Source: Candidatus Poribacteria bacterium (lineage in GTDB: Bacteria > Poribacteria > WGA-4E > PCPOR2b). Taken from it: a stretch of DNA of 64,000 nt. The first letter of the stretch is position 1; the number at the start of each line of letters is the position of its first letter. The stretch lies in contig OZ240245.1 of NCBI GenBank assembly GCA_965198175.1, positions 4,544,001 to 4,608,000 on the forward strand. Direction: 5' to 3'. The translations under genes were made by a program, and so were the position numbers. The notes beneath the pieces are model-generated. The model searched no databases and was not told where the DNA came from. It was given only the letters and a program-made list of their open reading frames with translations. Shown in pieces: positions 20,306-31,442 of this stretch.

Positions 20306-23300
20306 TTGGATACAAAGAATTTGAACAACTTTGATGCAATCTCCATCCGAATTGCCTCACCAGAGCAGATTAAGAGTTGGGCAAAACAGGCATCATGCAA
20401 GAAACGCGCGAGCAAAACATGGCCTTGTCCAATGATGGGAGAGTGCAACTGTGCCGAGGTTCGTAAACCGGAAACCATCAACTATCGGACGTTTCGTCCA
20501 GAGCGTGAGGGTCTATTTTGTGAGGCGATATTTGGTCCTCAGAAGGATTGGGAATGTGCATGCGGAAAGTACAAACGAATTAAGCATAGAGGGGTGATTT
20601 GCGATCGGTGTGGAGTTGAGGTCACTCAGCAAAAGGTGCGCCGGGAAAGGATGGGATACATCCAGTTGGCGGCACCTGTCTCACACGTATGGTATTTCAA
20701 AGGGCTGCCCTCCCGAATCGGTCTCTTTTTAGATCTGTCGTTTCGGGATATTGAACGAGTACTTTACTTTGAAGCGTATGTTGTGCTTGATGTCAATGAT
20801 TCGGAATGCCCTCTGACGGTAAAGCAATTGCTGACAGAAGAGGAGTACAATAAGTACAAAGCACAGTATGATTTCCGAGCCGGGATGGGGGCTGAAGCCA
20901 TCCGCGAATTGCTTGAACGGATTGATTTAAAGCAAGAAGCTAAAGTGCTTCGTGATGAACTAGAGGAAACCGGGAGTAAACAGAAAGCGCGTAAACTTTC
21001 AAAACGGTTGAAATCGGCACTCGGCTTTTTAAAGTCGGGAAACCGACCGCATTGGATGATTCTTACCGTGACACCGGTGATTCCGCCGGATTTGCGCCCA
21101 TTGGTCGCACTTGACGGTGGGCGTTTCGCAACTAGTGACCTCAATGACCTGTACCGACGGGTAATCAACCGCAACAATCGGCTAAAACGATTGATGGAAT
21201 TGCGAGCGCCAGAGGTAATCATTCGGAACGAGAAGCGAATGCTTCAGGAGGCCGTTGATGCGTTGTTGGACAATGGTCGGCACGGGCGTGTAGTGCGTGG
21301 ACCGGGGAATCGCCCGCTGAAATCTTTAAGCGATATGCTCAAAGGTAAGGTGGGACGCTTTCGCCAGAACTTGCTTGGCAAACGGGTTGACTATTCAGGC
21401 AGATCTGTCATAGTTGTTGGTCCAGAACTGAAGTTGCATCAATGTGGTTTGCCCAAGGCAATGGCGCTGGAATTGTTCAAGCCGTTCATTATTCGCAAGC
21501 TACAGGAAAAGGGATATGCCCATACCATCAAACGCGCCAAGAATATGGCAGAAAAGGTTTCGCCGGAGGTGTGGGAAGTCCTTGAAGAGGTGATTGATGA
21601 ACATCCTGTATTGCTCAACCGTCCCCCGACACTCCATCGCCTTGGGATTCAAGCGTTTCAACCCTCACTGGTCGAAGGGAAGGCAATCCGAATCAACCCG
21701 CTGGTCTGCACAGCCTTCAATGCAGACTTTGACGGAGATCAGATGGCAGTGCATGTGCCTTTGAGTGTTGAGGCACAGGTCGAATCAAAGTTACTCATGA
21801 TGGCTACTCGAAATATCTTGAAGCCCGCTCATGGTGAGGCGACAGCAGTGCCTAATCTTGATGTAGTACTCGGGTGCAGTTTCCTCACGAAATCCATTCC
21901 TCAAGCAGATCGGGATAGCGTTTGTCAGATTGCGACACCCCGGCATTATCAGAATCAACAGGAAGTGATTCTTGCCCATGAGTGTGGAATTTTGGGTCTG
22001 CACGATCCGGTTCTGCTCCACATTGATGATGCAATACCGCCGATTGAGACAACGGTGGGACGGGTAATCTATAACCAAATTATTCCGGACGATCTGATGT
22101 TCACTAATCCCCATGTCGATCGGCGAATTCCGTTCATCAATTGGGAAATGCAAGCAAAAGATCTTTCTCGTCTGGTTTCACGTTGTTTCGATGAGCTTGG
22201 AAATCGCCGAACAGTGGAATTCATTGATGAACTCAAACAACTCGGATTTCATTATGCTACTGTGGCTGGAATCTCGATTGGCATACGAGATTTGATTGTT
22301 CCATCGAAAAAACAGGAATCCATTCAAGACGCACGTGCGCAAGTAGCGGAGATTGACAAGGAATACGTGAGTGGTGGCATGAGCCCAGGGGAACGATATA
22401 ACAAAGTCATTGATGTATGGCATCAACTGATAGATGACATCGAAACTGCGTTGTTTGAAGAACTCGAACAAGGACGTGAAGATGAGATTAAAGGTTTTAA
22501 TCCGGTGCATATCATGGTGGACTCTGGGGCACGATCCAGGAAAGAGTCGATTCGTCAGATTAGCGGCATGCGAGGGCTAATGACTAAGCCTTCCGGGGAA
22601 ATCATCGAACAACCGATTGAGTCGTCTTTCCGAGAGGGACTATCTGTGCTTGAATACTTTATCTCCACACACGGTGCACGAAAAGGGCTGGCGGATACAG
22701 CGATTAAGACCGCAAGTAGTGGCTACTTGACCCGCAAATTGGTTGATGTAGCCCAAGATATGATAATTACCACAAATAACTGTGGAACATTAAATGGCAT
22801 TACCAAGGTGGCTAGCGAGGATGAAGATGATACCTTCTCTGATCGAATCACTGGTCGAACAGTCGCAGAGGATATTACAGATCCGAATACAGGTGAAATA
22901 ATTATTGCTAGAGATATGCTCATCAGCCGTCAAATAGCGGAACAGATTGAAGCGGTTGGCATCACGAGCCTCCCCATTCGGTCTGCACTTACCTGCGAGG
23001 CTGCGCATGGTGTGTGCGCTATATGCTATGGAACAGATATGACAACCGGGCAGTTGGTGGATATCGGGGAAGCGATTGGTATAATTGCAGCACAGTCAAT
23101 TGGCGAGCCTGGCACCCAGTTGACGATGCGAACCTTCCATACGGGTGGAACTGTAAGTGGTGGAGGCTTTCAATCCCGAATTGAAGCGCGACATGACGGT
23201 GTGGTCAAGTACCACAATGTCAGATTTGTTGAACATCCGATTCAGGTTGATGAAACCTCTTTGGACAAATCTAAAACCAAAGGTCAACCGGAAATTGAGA

Positions 23301-24553
23301 AGATTGTCCTTTCCCGCAACGCTCAACTACGGATTGTTGATGAAAATGAACGGGTGATTGAGCGGCACGATGCGCAAATTGGTGCCCGACTATGTGTCGA
23401 GGAAGACCAGAAGGTGACAAAAGGCATTCCACATGCCCAAGATGAGCCTCCAACGCTTCTTCTTGAATGGGATCCGTATCGGGTGCCCATTTTGACGGAA
23501 TATCAAGGGAAGGCGCAGTTCCAAGATATTGTTGAAGGCAGGACAATGCGGGAAGATAAAGCCACTGGCTTGGCAGAACGGGTGATTATCGAATACAAGG
23601 GAGAGGACCAACCGCGGATTGAAATCTATTCGGACAACGAGGAACTGCTAGCCAGCTACCTAATGCCAACTGGAGCACACCTCTCCGTAACCGATGGGGA
23701 AATGGTGACTCCTGGGACCGTTTTGGCACGGCTACCCAGAGAGACAGCCAAAAGTCGAGACATTGTCACCGGGCTTCCCCGTGTTACCGAACTCTTTGAA
23801 GCGCGCCGCCCTAAAGATGCAGCGATTATCGCCGAAATCGAGGGGCACGTAAAGCTCGAGGGCATCAACCGTGGGATGCGCCAGTTGCGGATTGTGCATA
23901 CGGATGTATCGAGCCGACCTTACCGCATTCCGATGGGGAAACATCTTATCGTTCCCGATGGGGATTTTGTTGAAGCCGGTGAACGCGTGACAGATGGTCC
24001 AATTAACCCCCATGATATTTTAGAGGTCAAAGGCGAAGAAGCTGTTCAGTCCTATTTAGTCAATGAGGTCCAAGAAGTTTACCGCACACAAGGGGAACGG
24101 ATTAATGATAAACATATCGAAGTCATTATTCGTCGGATGCTAAATAAGGTGAGGATTACATCCTCGGGGAGTACAGAGTTCCTTGAGGAGGATGAGGTAG
24201 ATCGTTCAACTTTCAACCGTATCAATCGTCGTGCCATAAGTGAAGATGGACAACCGGCGATGGCGGAACCGATTCTACAAGGAATTACAAAAGCGGCGTT
24301 AAGCACGGAAAGTTTCATTTCTGCCGCATCGTTCCAGCAGACTACAAATGTACTGACAAAAGCTAGTGTTGTCGGGAAACGGGATTATCTCAAGGGGCTG
24401 AAGGAAAATGTAATCATGGGTCGTTTAATCCCGGCAGGAACGGGAGTGTCGCAATTTAGGAAGATTGAGATTCAACCGCGAACTGAACCTGAATCCCCGC
24501 TACCGAAAAGCGAATTGCCGATACTATCCCTTGATGAGCAAACTGCCGACTGA
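20306..24553 (+). CDS. rpoC: DNA-directed RNA polymerase beta' subunit
   Basis: KPETINYRT, Zn finger CACGK/CDRC, catalytic NADFDGD; likely TTG start after an AAGGAG RBS. Confidence 0.99.
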   Translation: MDTKNLNNFDAISIRIASPEQIKSWAKQASCKKRASKTWPCPMMGECNCAEVRKPETINYRTFRPEREGLFCEAIFGPQKDWECACGKYKRIKHRGVICDRCGVEVTQQKVRRERMGYIQLAAPVSHVWYFKGLPSRIGLFLDLSFRDIERVLYFEAYVVLDVNDSECPLTVKQLLTEEEYNKYKAQYDFRAGMGAEAIRELLERIDLKQEAKVLRDELEETGSKQKARKLSKRLKSALGFLKSGNRPHWMILTVTPVIPPDLRPLVALDGGRFATSDLNDLYRRVINRNNRLKRLMELRAPEVIIRNEKRMLQEAVDALLDNGRHGRVVRGPGNRPLKSLSDMLKGKVGRFRQNLLGKRVDYSGRSVIVVGPELKLHQCGLPKAMALELFKPFIIRKLQEKGYAHTIKRAKNMAEKVSPEVWEVLEEVIDEHPVLLNRPPTLHRLGIQAFQPSLVEGKAIRINPLVCTAFNADFDGDQMAVHVPLSVEAQVESKLLMMATRNILKPAHGEATAVPNLDVVLGCSFLTKSIPQADRDSVCQIATPRHYQNQQEVILAHECGILGLHDPVLLHIDDAIPPIETTVGRVIYNQIIPDDLMFTNPHVDRRIPFINWEMQAKDLSRLVSRCFDELGNRRTVEFIDELKQLGFHYATVAGISIGIRDLIVPSKKQESIQDARAQVAEIDKEYVSGGMSPGERYNKVIDVWHQLIDDIETALFEELEQGREDEIKGFNPVHIMVDSGARSRKESIRQISGMRGLMTKPSGEIIEQPIESSFREGLSVLEYFISTHGARKGLADTAIKTASSGYLTRKLVDVAQDMIITTNNCGTLNGITKVASEDEDDTFSDRITGRTVAEDITDPNTGEIIIARDMLISRQIAEQIEAVGITSLPIRSALTCEAAHGVCAICYGTDMTTGQLVDIGEAIGIIAAQSIGEPGTQLTMRTFHTGGTVSGGGFQSRIEARHDGVVKYHNVRFVEHPIQVDETSLDKSKTKGQPEIEKIVLSRNAQLRIVDENERVIERHDAQIGARLCVEEDQKVTKGIPHAQDEPPTLLLEWDPYRVPILTEYQGKAQFQDIVEGRTMREDKATGLAERVIIEYKGEDQPRIEIYSDNEELLASYLMPTGAHLSVTDGEMVTPGTVLARLPRETAKSRDIVTGLPRVTELFEARRPKDAAIIAEIEGHVKLEGINRGMRQLRIVHTDVSSRPYRIPMGKHLIVPDGDFVEAGERVTDGPINPHDILEVKGEEAVQSYLVNEVQEVYRTQGERINDKHIEVIIRRMLNKVRITSSGSTEFLEEDEVDRSTFNRINRRAISEDGQPAMAEPILQGITKAALSTESFISAASFQQTTNVLTKASVVGKRDYLKGLKENVIMGRLIPAGTGVSQFRKIEIQPRTEPESPLPKSELPILSLDEQTAD

Positions 24554-24575
24554 ATGTTACGTAAAATAAAGTGCC

Positions 24576-24625
24576 AACCGAAATCGTTTAATGTCCATCC
24601 GGTTTTTTGTCTTTTTGTTTCTTTT
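24576..24625 (+). terminator. Possible intrinsic terminator after rpoC
   Basis: Weak AACCG...CGGTT stem followed by long T-rich tracts. Confidence 0.35.
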
Positions 24626-24891
24626 TTTCAATCTTATATTCACCCGATTCTTTGCCAATTTCTATCATAGCTCAACCACTCTTTCGCGATGCCTCTTTTT
24701 TTACTGCTTAGCGAAATTTAATCTGCAACGTCTATTGTCTCTAAAAATCGGCTTACACGGTTGGACATGAAGAAAAATCCCGCCATTTCGCTGATGCGTA
24801 AATGCTATCCCTACGCATTATGTAATACTGTGTTGGTTTGCTAATGCGTAAGCCACCAGTGTACTCCACAGTCCAAAAAAGGAGTAGCGCA

Positions 24892-26397
24892 TTGAGACCA
24901 ATTAGCCTGTTTCATTGCTTTCTGCTTTTCCTATTCGTACACTTTAGCGAAGGGGAAGTAAGGAGCATTGCCCCAATCGAGCTAGGAAAAATGCTACAGT
25001 TACCTCAAGAGGATTGGTTGAACTTGACCGTGATGGGCGAAAAAATTGGATATGCTCACATCTACACGGAAAAATCACAATACCTCGGCGAGGAAACCAT
25101 CCGCACTCGTATGGATGTAGTGATGGAGTTTAAACGTGCCGGCACAAGTCTACGGCTGGAAACGACAAAAATTCATTATGTAGGTATGGATTTCGTTCCG
25201 CGGTACTTCATTTCGACATCGAAGGAATCCGGGCATGAGAAGCGTGTTGAAGGCGAAATTAGAGATGGCAGTGTCTACTTGGAAACGACCCTTGCCGGAC
25301 AAACGACTCAGTCTCAGAAGTTAATTCCACCTGATACCATTTTCGAGGAAACGCTCGGTTATTTGATGCTTCAGCGTGGCATCCGTGTCGGGGATGAATA
25401 CACGTTGTCTGTGTTTAATACGGAACTTATGCGACCTTTGGAGACAAAAGTAAAAGTTGTTCGGGAGGATGAGGTCGAATATGGAGGGGAATTTAAACCT
25501 ACCTTTGTCATTGATTACGCGATGGACTTCATGGGCGGCTTGGCAGCGACTGCCTGGCTAGGAAACGATGGAACAACCTATCGTATAGAAACCGGCGTGA
25601 CCGGAATGAAGATGGTTCTGTCGAAAGTAGATATGCGGACGGCGCTTGGTGATGCCGGTGAACTGGATGTTATCATCAATACGAAGATTTTCTTTCAGGG
25701 CAAACTTCCGACTCACAATGCCCGATATTTTAAAGCGCGGTTGCAACTCAGCGGAGGAAACTTGGACGAAGTAATCGTAAGGAATGGTCGTCAGAAACTC
25801 TTCCTTGATGACCATCGGCGCAATGGAACCGTGGAAATCCAGGTACCCGCCGTTAATCCTTCAAATGTTCTAAACCTACCGATTCAATCCGAAGCAGATC
25901 AAGATCTTGATAAATTCCTAAAATCGACGGCATACATCCAAGCCGATCAGCCTGCGCTTCGAGCAAAAGCAATCGAGATACTTAATGGAGAAAAAGATGC
26001 GTGGAAAGCTTCTAAGAAACTTTGTCGCTGGGTGCACAACAATATATACGACAAGAACCTCAAAATCGGATTTGGATCGGCATTGCAAACGTTAGAATCG
26101 CTAGAAGGGGATTGCACAGAACACACAGTGTTGTTAATCGCGCTGGCGCGCTCGGTTGACATTCCCGCCAGAGCATGCATGGGGCTTGTGTTTCAGCGTG
26201 ATGCCTTCTACTATCATTTCTGGCCTGAAGTGTATGTGGGAGAATGGGTTGCGATGGAACCGACACTCGGACAAATTCAAGCCGATGCGACTCATATTCA
26301 ACTTGCCGGCAGTCAGATGGAGTCAAACTCCATGCTGGAATTCGGTGAAGGGGTTATGCGCACGCTGAATCAACTCGAGATTGAGGTAATTGAGTGA
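24892..26397 (+). CDS. Exported transglutaminase-like (cysteine protease fold) domain protein
   Basis: Signal-like N-terminus; GDCTEH, YHFWPEVY and WVAMEPT triad motifs; TTG start after AGGAG. Confidence 0.85.
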   Translation: MRPISLFHCFLLFLFVHFSEGEVRSIAPIELGKMLQLPQEDWLNLTVMGEKIGYAHIYTEKSQYLGEETIRTRMDVVMEFKRAGTSLRLETTKIHYVGMDFVPRYFISTSKESGHEKRVEGEIRDGSVYLETTLAGQTTQSQKLIPPDTIFEETLGYLMLQRGIRVGDEYTLSVFNTELMRPLETKVKVVREDEVEYGGEFKPTFVIDYAMDFMGGLAATAWLGNDGTTYRIETGVTGMKMVLSKVDMRTALGDAGELDVIINTKIFFQGKLPTHNARYFKARLQLSGGNLDEVIVRNGRQKLFLDDHRRNGTVEIQVPAVNPSNVLNLPIQSEADQDLDKFLKSTAYIQADQPALRAKAIEILNGEKDAWKASKKLCRWVHNNIYDKNLKIGFGSALQTLESLEGDCTEHTVLLIALARSVDIPARACMGLVFQRDAFYYHFWPEVYVGEWVAMEPTLGQIQADATHIQLAGSQMESNSMLEFGEGVMRTLNQLEIEVIE

Positions 26398-26438
26398 CCA
26401 GAGCAAGTAAACTCTATAATCACAAGGGAGCTCATCTT

Positions 26439-27080
26439 TCACAGCGCGGCGAGCCATTGGCGCATCTCTTGCGGATTTCCACCGAACATCAGTGAACCCG
26501 GTACGATAAAGTTCGCACCAGCGGTATGAATCAGCGGAACTGTCTCCCGTCGAATCCCACCATCGGCTTCGATTTCTGTCTTTTGCCTACGCCCCGCGAT
26601 AATTTCTCGACACAGGCGAATCTTGTCTGGAACTGATGCATCCATTAAGGCACCTTTAATTCCCATAGCTGTGCCTACAACGGTGACAATGTCTAAGTCA
26701 TCCCAATACGGTTCAAGTAAATCAACGGACTCTGTGATTAGCAGCGAAACCCCCGCCGCTTTCCCACAGGATTTAATAGCTTCAAGCACTTCACCTGGAT
26801 CGCTGGGAGCGTCGAAACAAAAAATGATGCTGTCCGCGCCGGCTTCAACGAAGGGTTCAATCCAACCTATGGGGTCAGTGGTCATTAGATGCACTTCAAA
26901 CGGTACACTGGTAAGCATCCGCAAAGCCTTGACCATGTCCGGGAAGAACAGCAGATTCTTGACATAATGCCCATCAGCCACATCGAGATGAAAACGCTCC
27001 GAGTATGGCTCAACACGTTTTATCTCCGATGCTAGATTTGCCAAATCAGCTGACCAGAGGGATGTAGAACACTTTAGCAT
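26439..27080 (-). CDS. Ribulose-phosphate 3-epimerase family protein
   Basis: HLDVADGHYV, EVHLM, IEADGGI motifs; one metal-binding His appears replaced (IIFC). Confidence 0.85.
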   Translation of the reverse strand: MLKCSTSLWSADLANLASEIKRVEPYSERFHLDVADGHYVKNLLFFPDMVKALRMLTSVPFEVHLMTTDPIGWIEPFVEAGADSIIFCFDAPSDPGEVLEAIKSCGKAAGVSLLITESVDLLEPYWDDLDIVTVVGTAMGIKGALMDASVPDKIRLCREIIAGRRQKTEIEADGGIRRETVPLIHTAGANFIVPGSLMFGGNPQEMRQWLAAL

Positions 27081-27901
27081 GTAGCACTCCTTGAGGGACA
27101 AAAGTGGTTGTGCAAAAATGCTTCTATGAACGTCTGGACTTCTGCTCCGTGGCGTTCTTGGTTTACCGCTTTCGACGTTAGTTCCTTGAACTCCGCTTTC
27201 GGAATCTCTCGCGCCAAAATTTCACCGTATTCGAAGGGATGGATAGGGTCTTGTCGGTTGGCGACCACCAGAGTAGGAACCGCAATAGCTGCTAATTCCC
27301 GAAGGTCATAAAGCGGTGCGTCGCTTGAAATGCGCTCCAATTTCACCGCAGTTTCCGCCGCGCGTAAAGCTTCAAACTGTCCTAACAGCGAATCAGCCGC
27401 GGCTGGTGACTCGCGCAGTGTTTCAATGTAGTATTCAGATTTCTTGAAGCGTTCCAAGCCACGTTTGTGGCCGTGTTGGCGAATCAATTGAGCAATATAC
27501 GAATAGATTTCTGCATTCCGCAGCATAGGACCAATCAGCCAGGCCGGACGCGAGAGGATGAGACCGAGCACGCGATCCGAAAACCGAAGCGTGAAGTTGA
27601 GTGCAACGGCAGCTCCCATTGAGATGCCGCCAATGACAGCGCGAGATATGCTCAAGCTATCCATGAGTGCGAGTAAATCATCAGCAAATACGGCAATCCC
27701 GATTTTCTCCACAGCGCCTAGTGGGCGTGTCTCTCCATGCCCGCGACAATCGAAAGACAGCAAGCGGAACCCTGGAGGAGGCTTGAAAAGTCCGGAAGGC
27801 TGGTTGACATCACCGCCGAGTCCATGCTGGAAGAAGAAGGGTATCCCTCTTCCTATGTCAAGGTAATGGAAATTCAGCTCATCTCTAGCGAAAAAAGGCA
27901 T
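27074..27901 (-). CDS. Alpha/beta fold hydrolase
   Basis: HGLGG, DCRGHG, GISMG nucleophile elbow, DPIHP. Confidence 0.88.
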   Translation of the reverse strand: MPFFARDELNFHYLDIGRGIPFFFQHGLGGDVNQPSGLFKPPPGFRLLSFDCRGHGETRPLGAVEKIGIAVFADDLLALMDSLSISRAVIGGISMGAAVALNFTLRFSDRVLGLILSRPAWLIGPMLRNAEIYSYIAQLIRQHGHKRGLERFKKSEYYIETLRESPAAADSLLGQFEALRAAETAVKLERISSDAPLYDLRELAAIAVPTLVVANRQDPIHPFEYGEILAREIPKAEFKELTSKAVNQERHGAEVQTFIEAFLHNHFCPSRSATC

Positions 27902-28229
27902 CGGTGGCTTCCTTTATCTGCATCAGATGCCGACAAAAGACTTCCAAGGTCCTCGAGAATCGGGAAATCCTAGGGTCTAAAGCGTTTAACATTTTGGCGC
28001 CGCTGTGGTCGATCGGAATCACTAGAATTTCTCAGCCGAGTTACATGTTCCCTAACCTTGACCTAAGGCGTGTGACCTGACGGAAGATAGTCGTGAAGAA
28101 TTGAGTGCACGCCGGTTTCCCCTCGTCCTCTACCCACACTCACTCCCTTTCAAGGTCTACGAATGTTAGAGACGAAATCAGATCCGCTTGTCCCATGATA
28201 AAGATTTTCCAACAAGAATCGGATGCGGT

Positions 28230-28604
28230 TTATTCTTCTTCGTCAAAAACGATAAGTTGCGCCAGCAGCGTACCTGCTTGGTTGTTATGCGACGGATTTT
28301 CGTTCATCGCCAAGAAGATTACTCCTTCAGCCGGGGCGGCATTGTCGTAGCGTGAGCCAACGGAAAAGACAACGTCACCAATCCTAGCAATCAATGCGCC
28401 GACATTGGTACCAGGACACAAGTAATCATCTCCAGCAATGGTATTTGCAACCCCATCAGCACCACACCAGCCGATACGATTTTGTAAATCAGGCGACCAT
28501 GCGCCTTCGGCATCAATGACCAAGCGCTGCCCTTTTTTTACATGAACATAAGTTTCCTGCCAAACAGGACTTGGACGTGCCGTTCGAATAACCGTTAATG
28601 GCAT
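28230..28604 (-). CDS. LecA/PA-IL-like lectin-fold protein
   Basis: WQETYVHVKKGQRLVIDAEGAWS, GADG, GALIARIG and GVIFLAMNE match the PA-IL-like pattern. Confidence 0.6.
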   Translation of the reverse strand: MPLTVIRTARPSPVWQETYVHVKKGQRLVIDAEGAWSPDLQNRIGWCGADGVANTIAGDDYLCPGTNVGALIARIGDVVFSVGSRYDNAAPAEGVIFLAMNENPSHNNQAGTLLAQLIVFDEEE

Positions 28605-28651
28605 AGTTCCCCCTCGCTTTATAAATATTCACAACAATCTATTATACTCGC

Positions 28652-30637
28652 CTACTTTCCACCCAACCGATTGCAGAGATTGTCGAGGCGTTTGATGACA
28701 GCCTTTGAATCCGTTCCCTGAAATCCAAGGTCATAGGCTTCGTCAATCACCATTTTTTCCTGGATTGGACTTTCGATAATCAGGGTCCTCGCTTTCTTAT
28801 AAGCTTCATATGCTTCGTCACGAACGCCACGATCTTCACTGATATGCGCTAGATAGACGTAAGCGGCGGCAAGACGCGGGGAGTGAGATCGACTTGCAAC
28901 GAATTCGTTGAAGGCTGAAACAGCGTCATCATAACGTCGATCCTCATAATGCACCCGTCCAATTCGAAACTGTGCACGATCTTCGAAGCTATCTTTGTAG
29001 CCATCGGCGCGGTATTGATCTTGCTCGGGGTAAGCAATCGTTGTCTGATAAGCTTCCAAAGCTTTATCGTATTGGTGGAGTGAACGATAGATTTCCCCAA
29101 GCTGGAAATTTGCCATCATGGTTTGCGACGAAGTCGGATATTGACGAATCAAGGTTTTGTAGTGCTCGATCGCATTCTGGATGTCGTCAAGATGATTGGC
29201 ATAGATTAAGCCGCTTCGGTACATAGCTTCGGCAGCCCAAGGCGAATTGGGATGTTCATCAATCAATTGACTATACGAAATTATTGCTTGATGATAGTCT
29301 TGTAGACCGCGTTCGTAGATTTTGCCAATCCGAAATAGGGAGTGTGCGGCTGTAGGTGTGCCAGGATTCTCGCGTATCTGCATCCGCAGATGTTGGATGG
29401 ATGCGTGTCTTTGAATCGACTGTAGTTCCGACTGGGCACGTTGTAGGTACCCCCCTTCAGGCGCATCGGCGATTAACTGTCGCACCAGCGGTAATGCTGC
29501 CATGTAGTTCCCCTCCGCGATATGCTTCTCAATCTTTTCCCACTCGATTTTGGGAAGGTCGGATTGGAGTTGCTGAACCTTCGCTTTCAACTCCGTTTCG
29601 ATATTGAAGGCTTTTTGATTGTATTTGCCGATGGCACCAAAGTGGGCAGGATCCAATTTCGGCAAGTAAGCAAGTAGAAAGGTTCTGAATACTTGAATCG
29701 ACCGGCGGTAGTTTTGTAATTTTTCATAACCAACGCCCAACCAATAATAAACGGCATGCATGTTCCAAAAATCGGGATACTTTCTCGTAAGCTGTTCAAA
29801 AACTTGCACGGCGCATTCATACTGCTTTTGTTCATTATAGATGAGGGCGGTTCGAAAAAGGGCATCTGCTGCAAAGTTGCTTGTTGGATAGTTGTCAACA
29901 ACTTTTTTATACGCCTCAATTGCTAGTTTTGGCTGATTTAGACCATCATTTCGCAGTTTTCCAATGCGCCACTGTGCTTCAGGAGAAAGTCTTGTGCTCC
30001 CATACTGCTTAAGAAGGGCTTCATACTCGGAAATCGCTTTTTCCGGCTGGTTCAGTTGATATAGGTTGCGATACAGTTCCGCGATTTGAAACTGTGCTTC
30101 GACAGCAAGCGGTGTTCCTACATAAGCGCTGATTACCTGCTGTTGATTGTGTAAGTCCTCAAGTGCCATCTGAATGTTCCGTATCTTTTGTAAAGCGGTT
30201 TGATGGGTAAAATGGTTCGGCACAGATCGATCTACAACGATTTGATAGGTCGTAATGGCGTCCTCATGTTGCCCTAGGCGACAATACACATCACCCTTCT
30301 TAATGTGGCTAAGAAACTGATCGTCCAGCCCCTTCTCGCTGAGTTTAACAACCTTGTCGTAAGCTTCTAGGGCTTTCAGATATTCATGTGTATAGGTGTA
30401 GTAAATCTCACCCAATCGATAGAAAATATCGCCAAGTTTTTCAATGTTTTTCGTAGATTCGGCGAGGTTTTGAAGCACTTGAGCTGCTTCCTGGTATTTC
30501 TTCGCTTCAACAAGTGAAGCGATTGTATTGGCTTGCGCTTGGGCAGTTCCCAGGACTACAATGCTCGCCAAAATGGTGTAAGCCAGTAACCTCAGATGTA
30601 ATGCGTGGCAAGTGAAATTTAAAACGTGGAGACCCAT
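28652..30637 (-). CDS. Exported tetratricopeptide repeat protein (YbgF/BamD-like repeats)
   Basis: Many TPR units (AQFQIAELY...YPTS); signal peptide ending AQA. Confidence 0.88.
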   Translation of the reverse strand: MGLHVLNFTCHALHLRLLAYTILASIVVLGTAQAQANTIASLVEAKKYQEAAQVLQNLAESTKNIEKLGDIFYRLGEIYYTYTHEYLKALEAYDKVVKLSEKGLDDQFLSHIKKGDVYCRLGQHEDAITTYQIVVDRSVPNHFTHQTALQKIRNIQMALEDLHNQQQVISAYVGTPLAVEAQFQIAELYRNLYQLNQPEKAISEYEALLKQYGSTRLSPEAQWRIGKLRNDGLNQPKLAIEAYKKVVDNYPTSNFAADALFRTALIYNEQKQYECAVQVFEQLTRKYPDFWNMHAVYYWLGVGYEKLQNYRRSIQVFRTFLLAYLPKLDPAHFGAIGKYNQKAFNIETELKAKVQQLQSDLPKIEWEKIEKHIAEGNYMAALPLVRQLIADAPEGGYLQRAQSELQSIQRHASIQHLRMQIRENPGTPTAAHSLFRIGKIYERGLQDYHQAIISYSQLIDEHPNSPWAAEAMYRSGLIYANHLDDIQNAIEHYKTLIRQYPTSSQTMMANFQLGEIYRSLHQYDKALEAYQTTIAYPEQDQYRADGYKDSFEDRAQFRIGRVHYEDRRYDDAVSAFNEFVASRSHSPRLAAAYVYLAHISEDRGVRDEAYEAYKKARTLIIESPIQEKMVIDEAYDLGFQGTDSKAVIKRLDNLCNRLGGK

Positions 30638-30924
30638 TCTCCTTGCTTTGTCACCTCTTCCGCTCTTTTCCAGTTTGGTTGAGAAAATCATTGTTATTGT
30701 CCCATATTCTGATTGCGTGTGGTAAGAGCCAGACGTAAATGTCAGAAAACTTATCTCGACCCACTTGTCTTCAGACCAGATTAGAGATGTCAGAATCCAG
30801 GGACTAGATTCCTCCTTTTGGAGCTAGCCTTCTACCATGAAGTTATTCGTCTGCGAAGGTTTCCCAAAAAGTGCCCTGCACCTGTTCCTTTTCTCTTTGA
30901 AACACCCCGGCTGATGCCCAATCA

Positions 30925-31425
30925 TCAGTCTCTCAGATACATTGCCACCAGCGCATCATCCAGGTTAGCTTTAATCTGTTGTTGTTTATATTGTTCAACT
31001 CGTTCTTGCGGGGATGGAATGTGAACCGATCTTAGAGGTGCATCCGCTGACCGATCCTGATTAAAGATTATGCTAGCGACGGGGATACTTACGGCCAGTA
31101 TACAGCAAGCGACCGCGATTCGCCAGTTCCAAGCAGAGCAAAGTGCCTCGAATACCCGCGAAAAGAATGGCATCGGTACGGGTTGAGATGATTCTACCAC
31201 AAGGCGTTTGTATACGTTCACCTCAAGATTATTGAGGATAGGGTCCGGAATTGATATCGCCCTTACTTCCTCAGTCAAACTCAGAACCTTTTTCAAAGAT
31301 TCAACCGCTTGGACGCAGGCAGGGCAATTCTGTAGATGTCCCTCCATGAGCCCCAATCGTTCATTGTCGAGGAGGTCACAAACATAGTCGGTGTGCAATT
31401 CCTCTAGTTGTTTACACGTTGTCAT
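30925..31425 (-). CDS. zf-HC2 (ZAS) anti-sigma factor with TM helix
   Basis: HLQNCPAC motif and TM segment; directly downstream of the ECF sigma factor. Confidence 0.85.
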   Translation of the reverse strand: MTTCKQLEELHTDYVCDLLDNERLGLMEGHLQNCPACVQAVESLKKVLSLTEEVRAISIPDPILNNLEVNVYKRLVVESSQPVPMPFFSRVFEALCSAWNWRIAVACCILAVSIPVASIIFNQDRSADAPLRSVHIPSPQERVEQYKQQQIKANLDDALVAMYLRD

Positions 31426-31442
31426 TGAGCAAACTCCTTAGA

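Noticed and set aside
16306..24553. Inteins or introns in rpoB/rpoC (also checked sufB)
   Set aside because: Frames are continuous, lengths are ordinary, and I saw no intein terminal motifs
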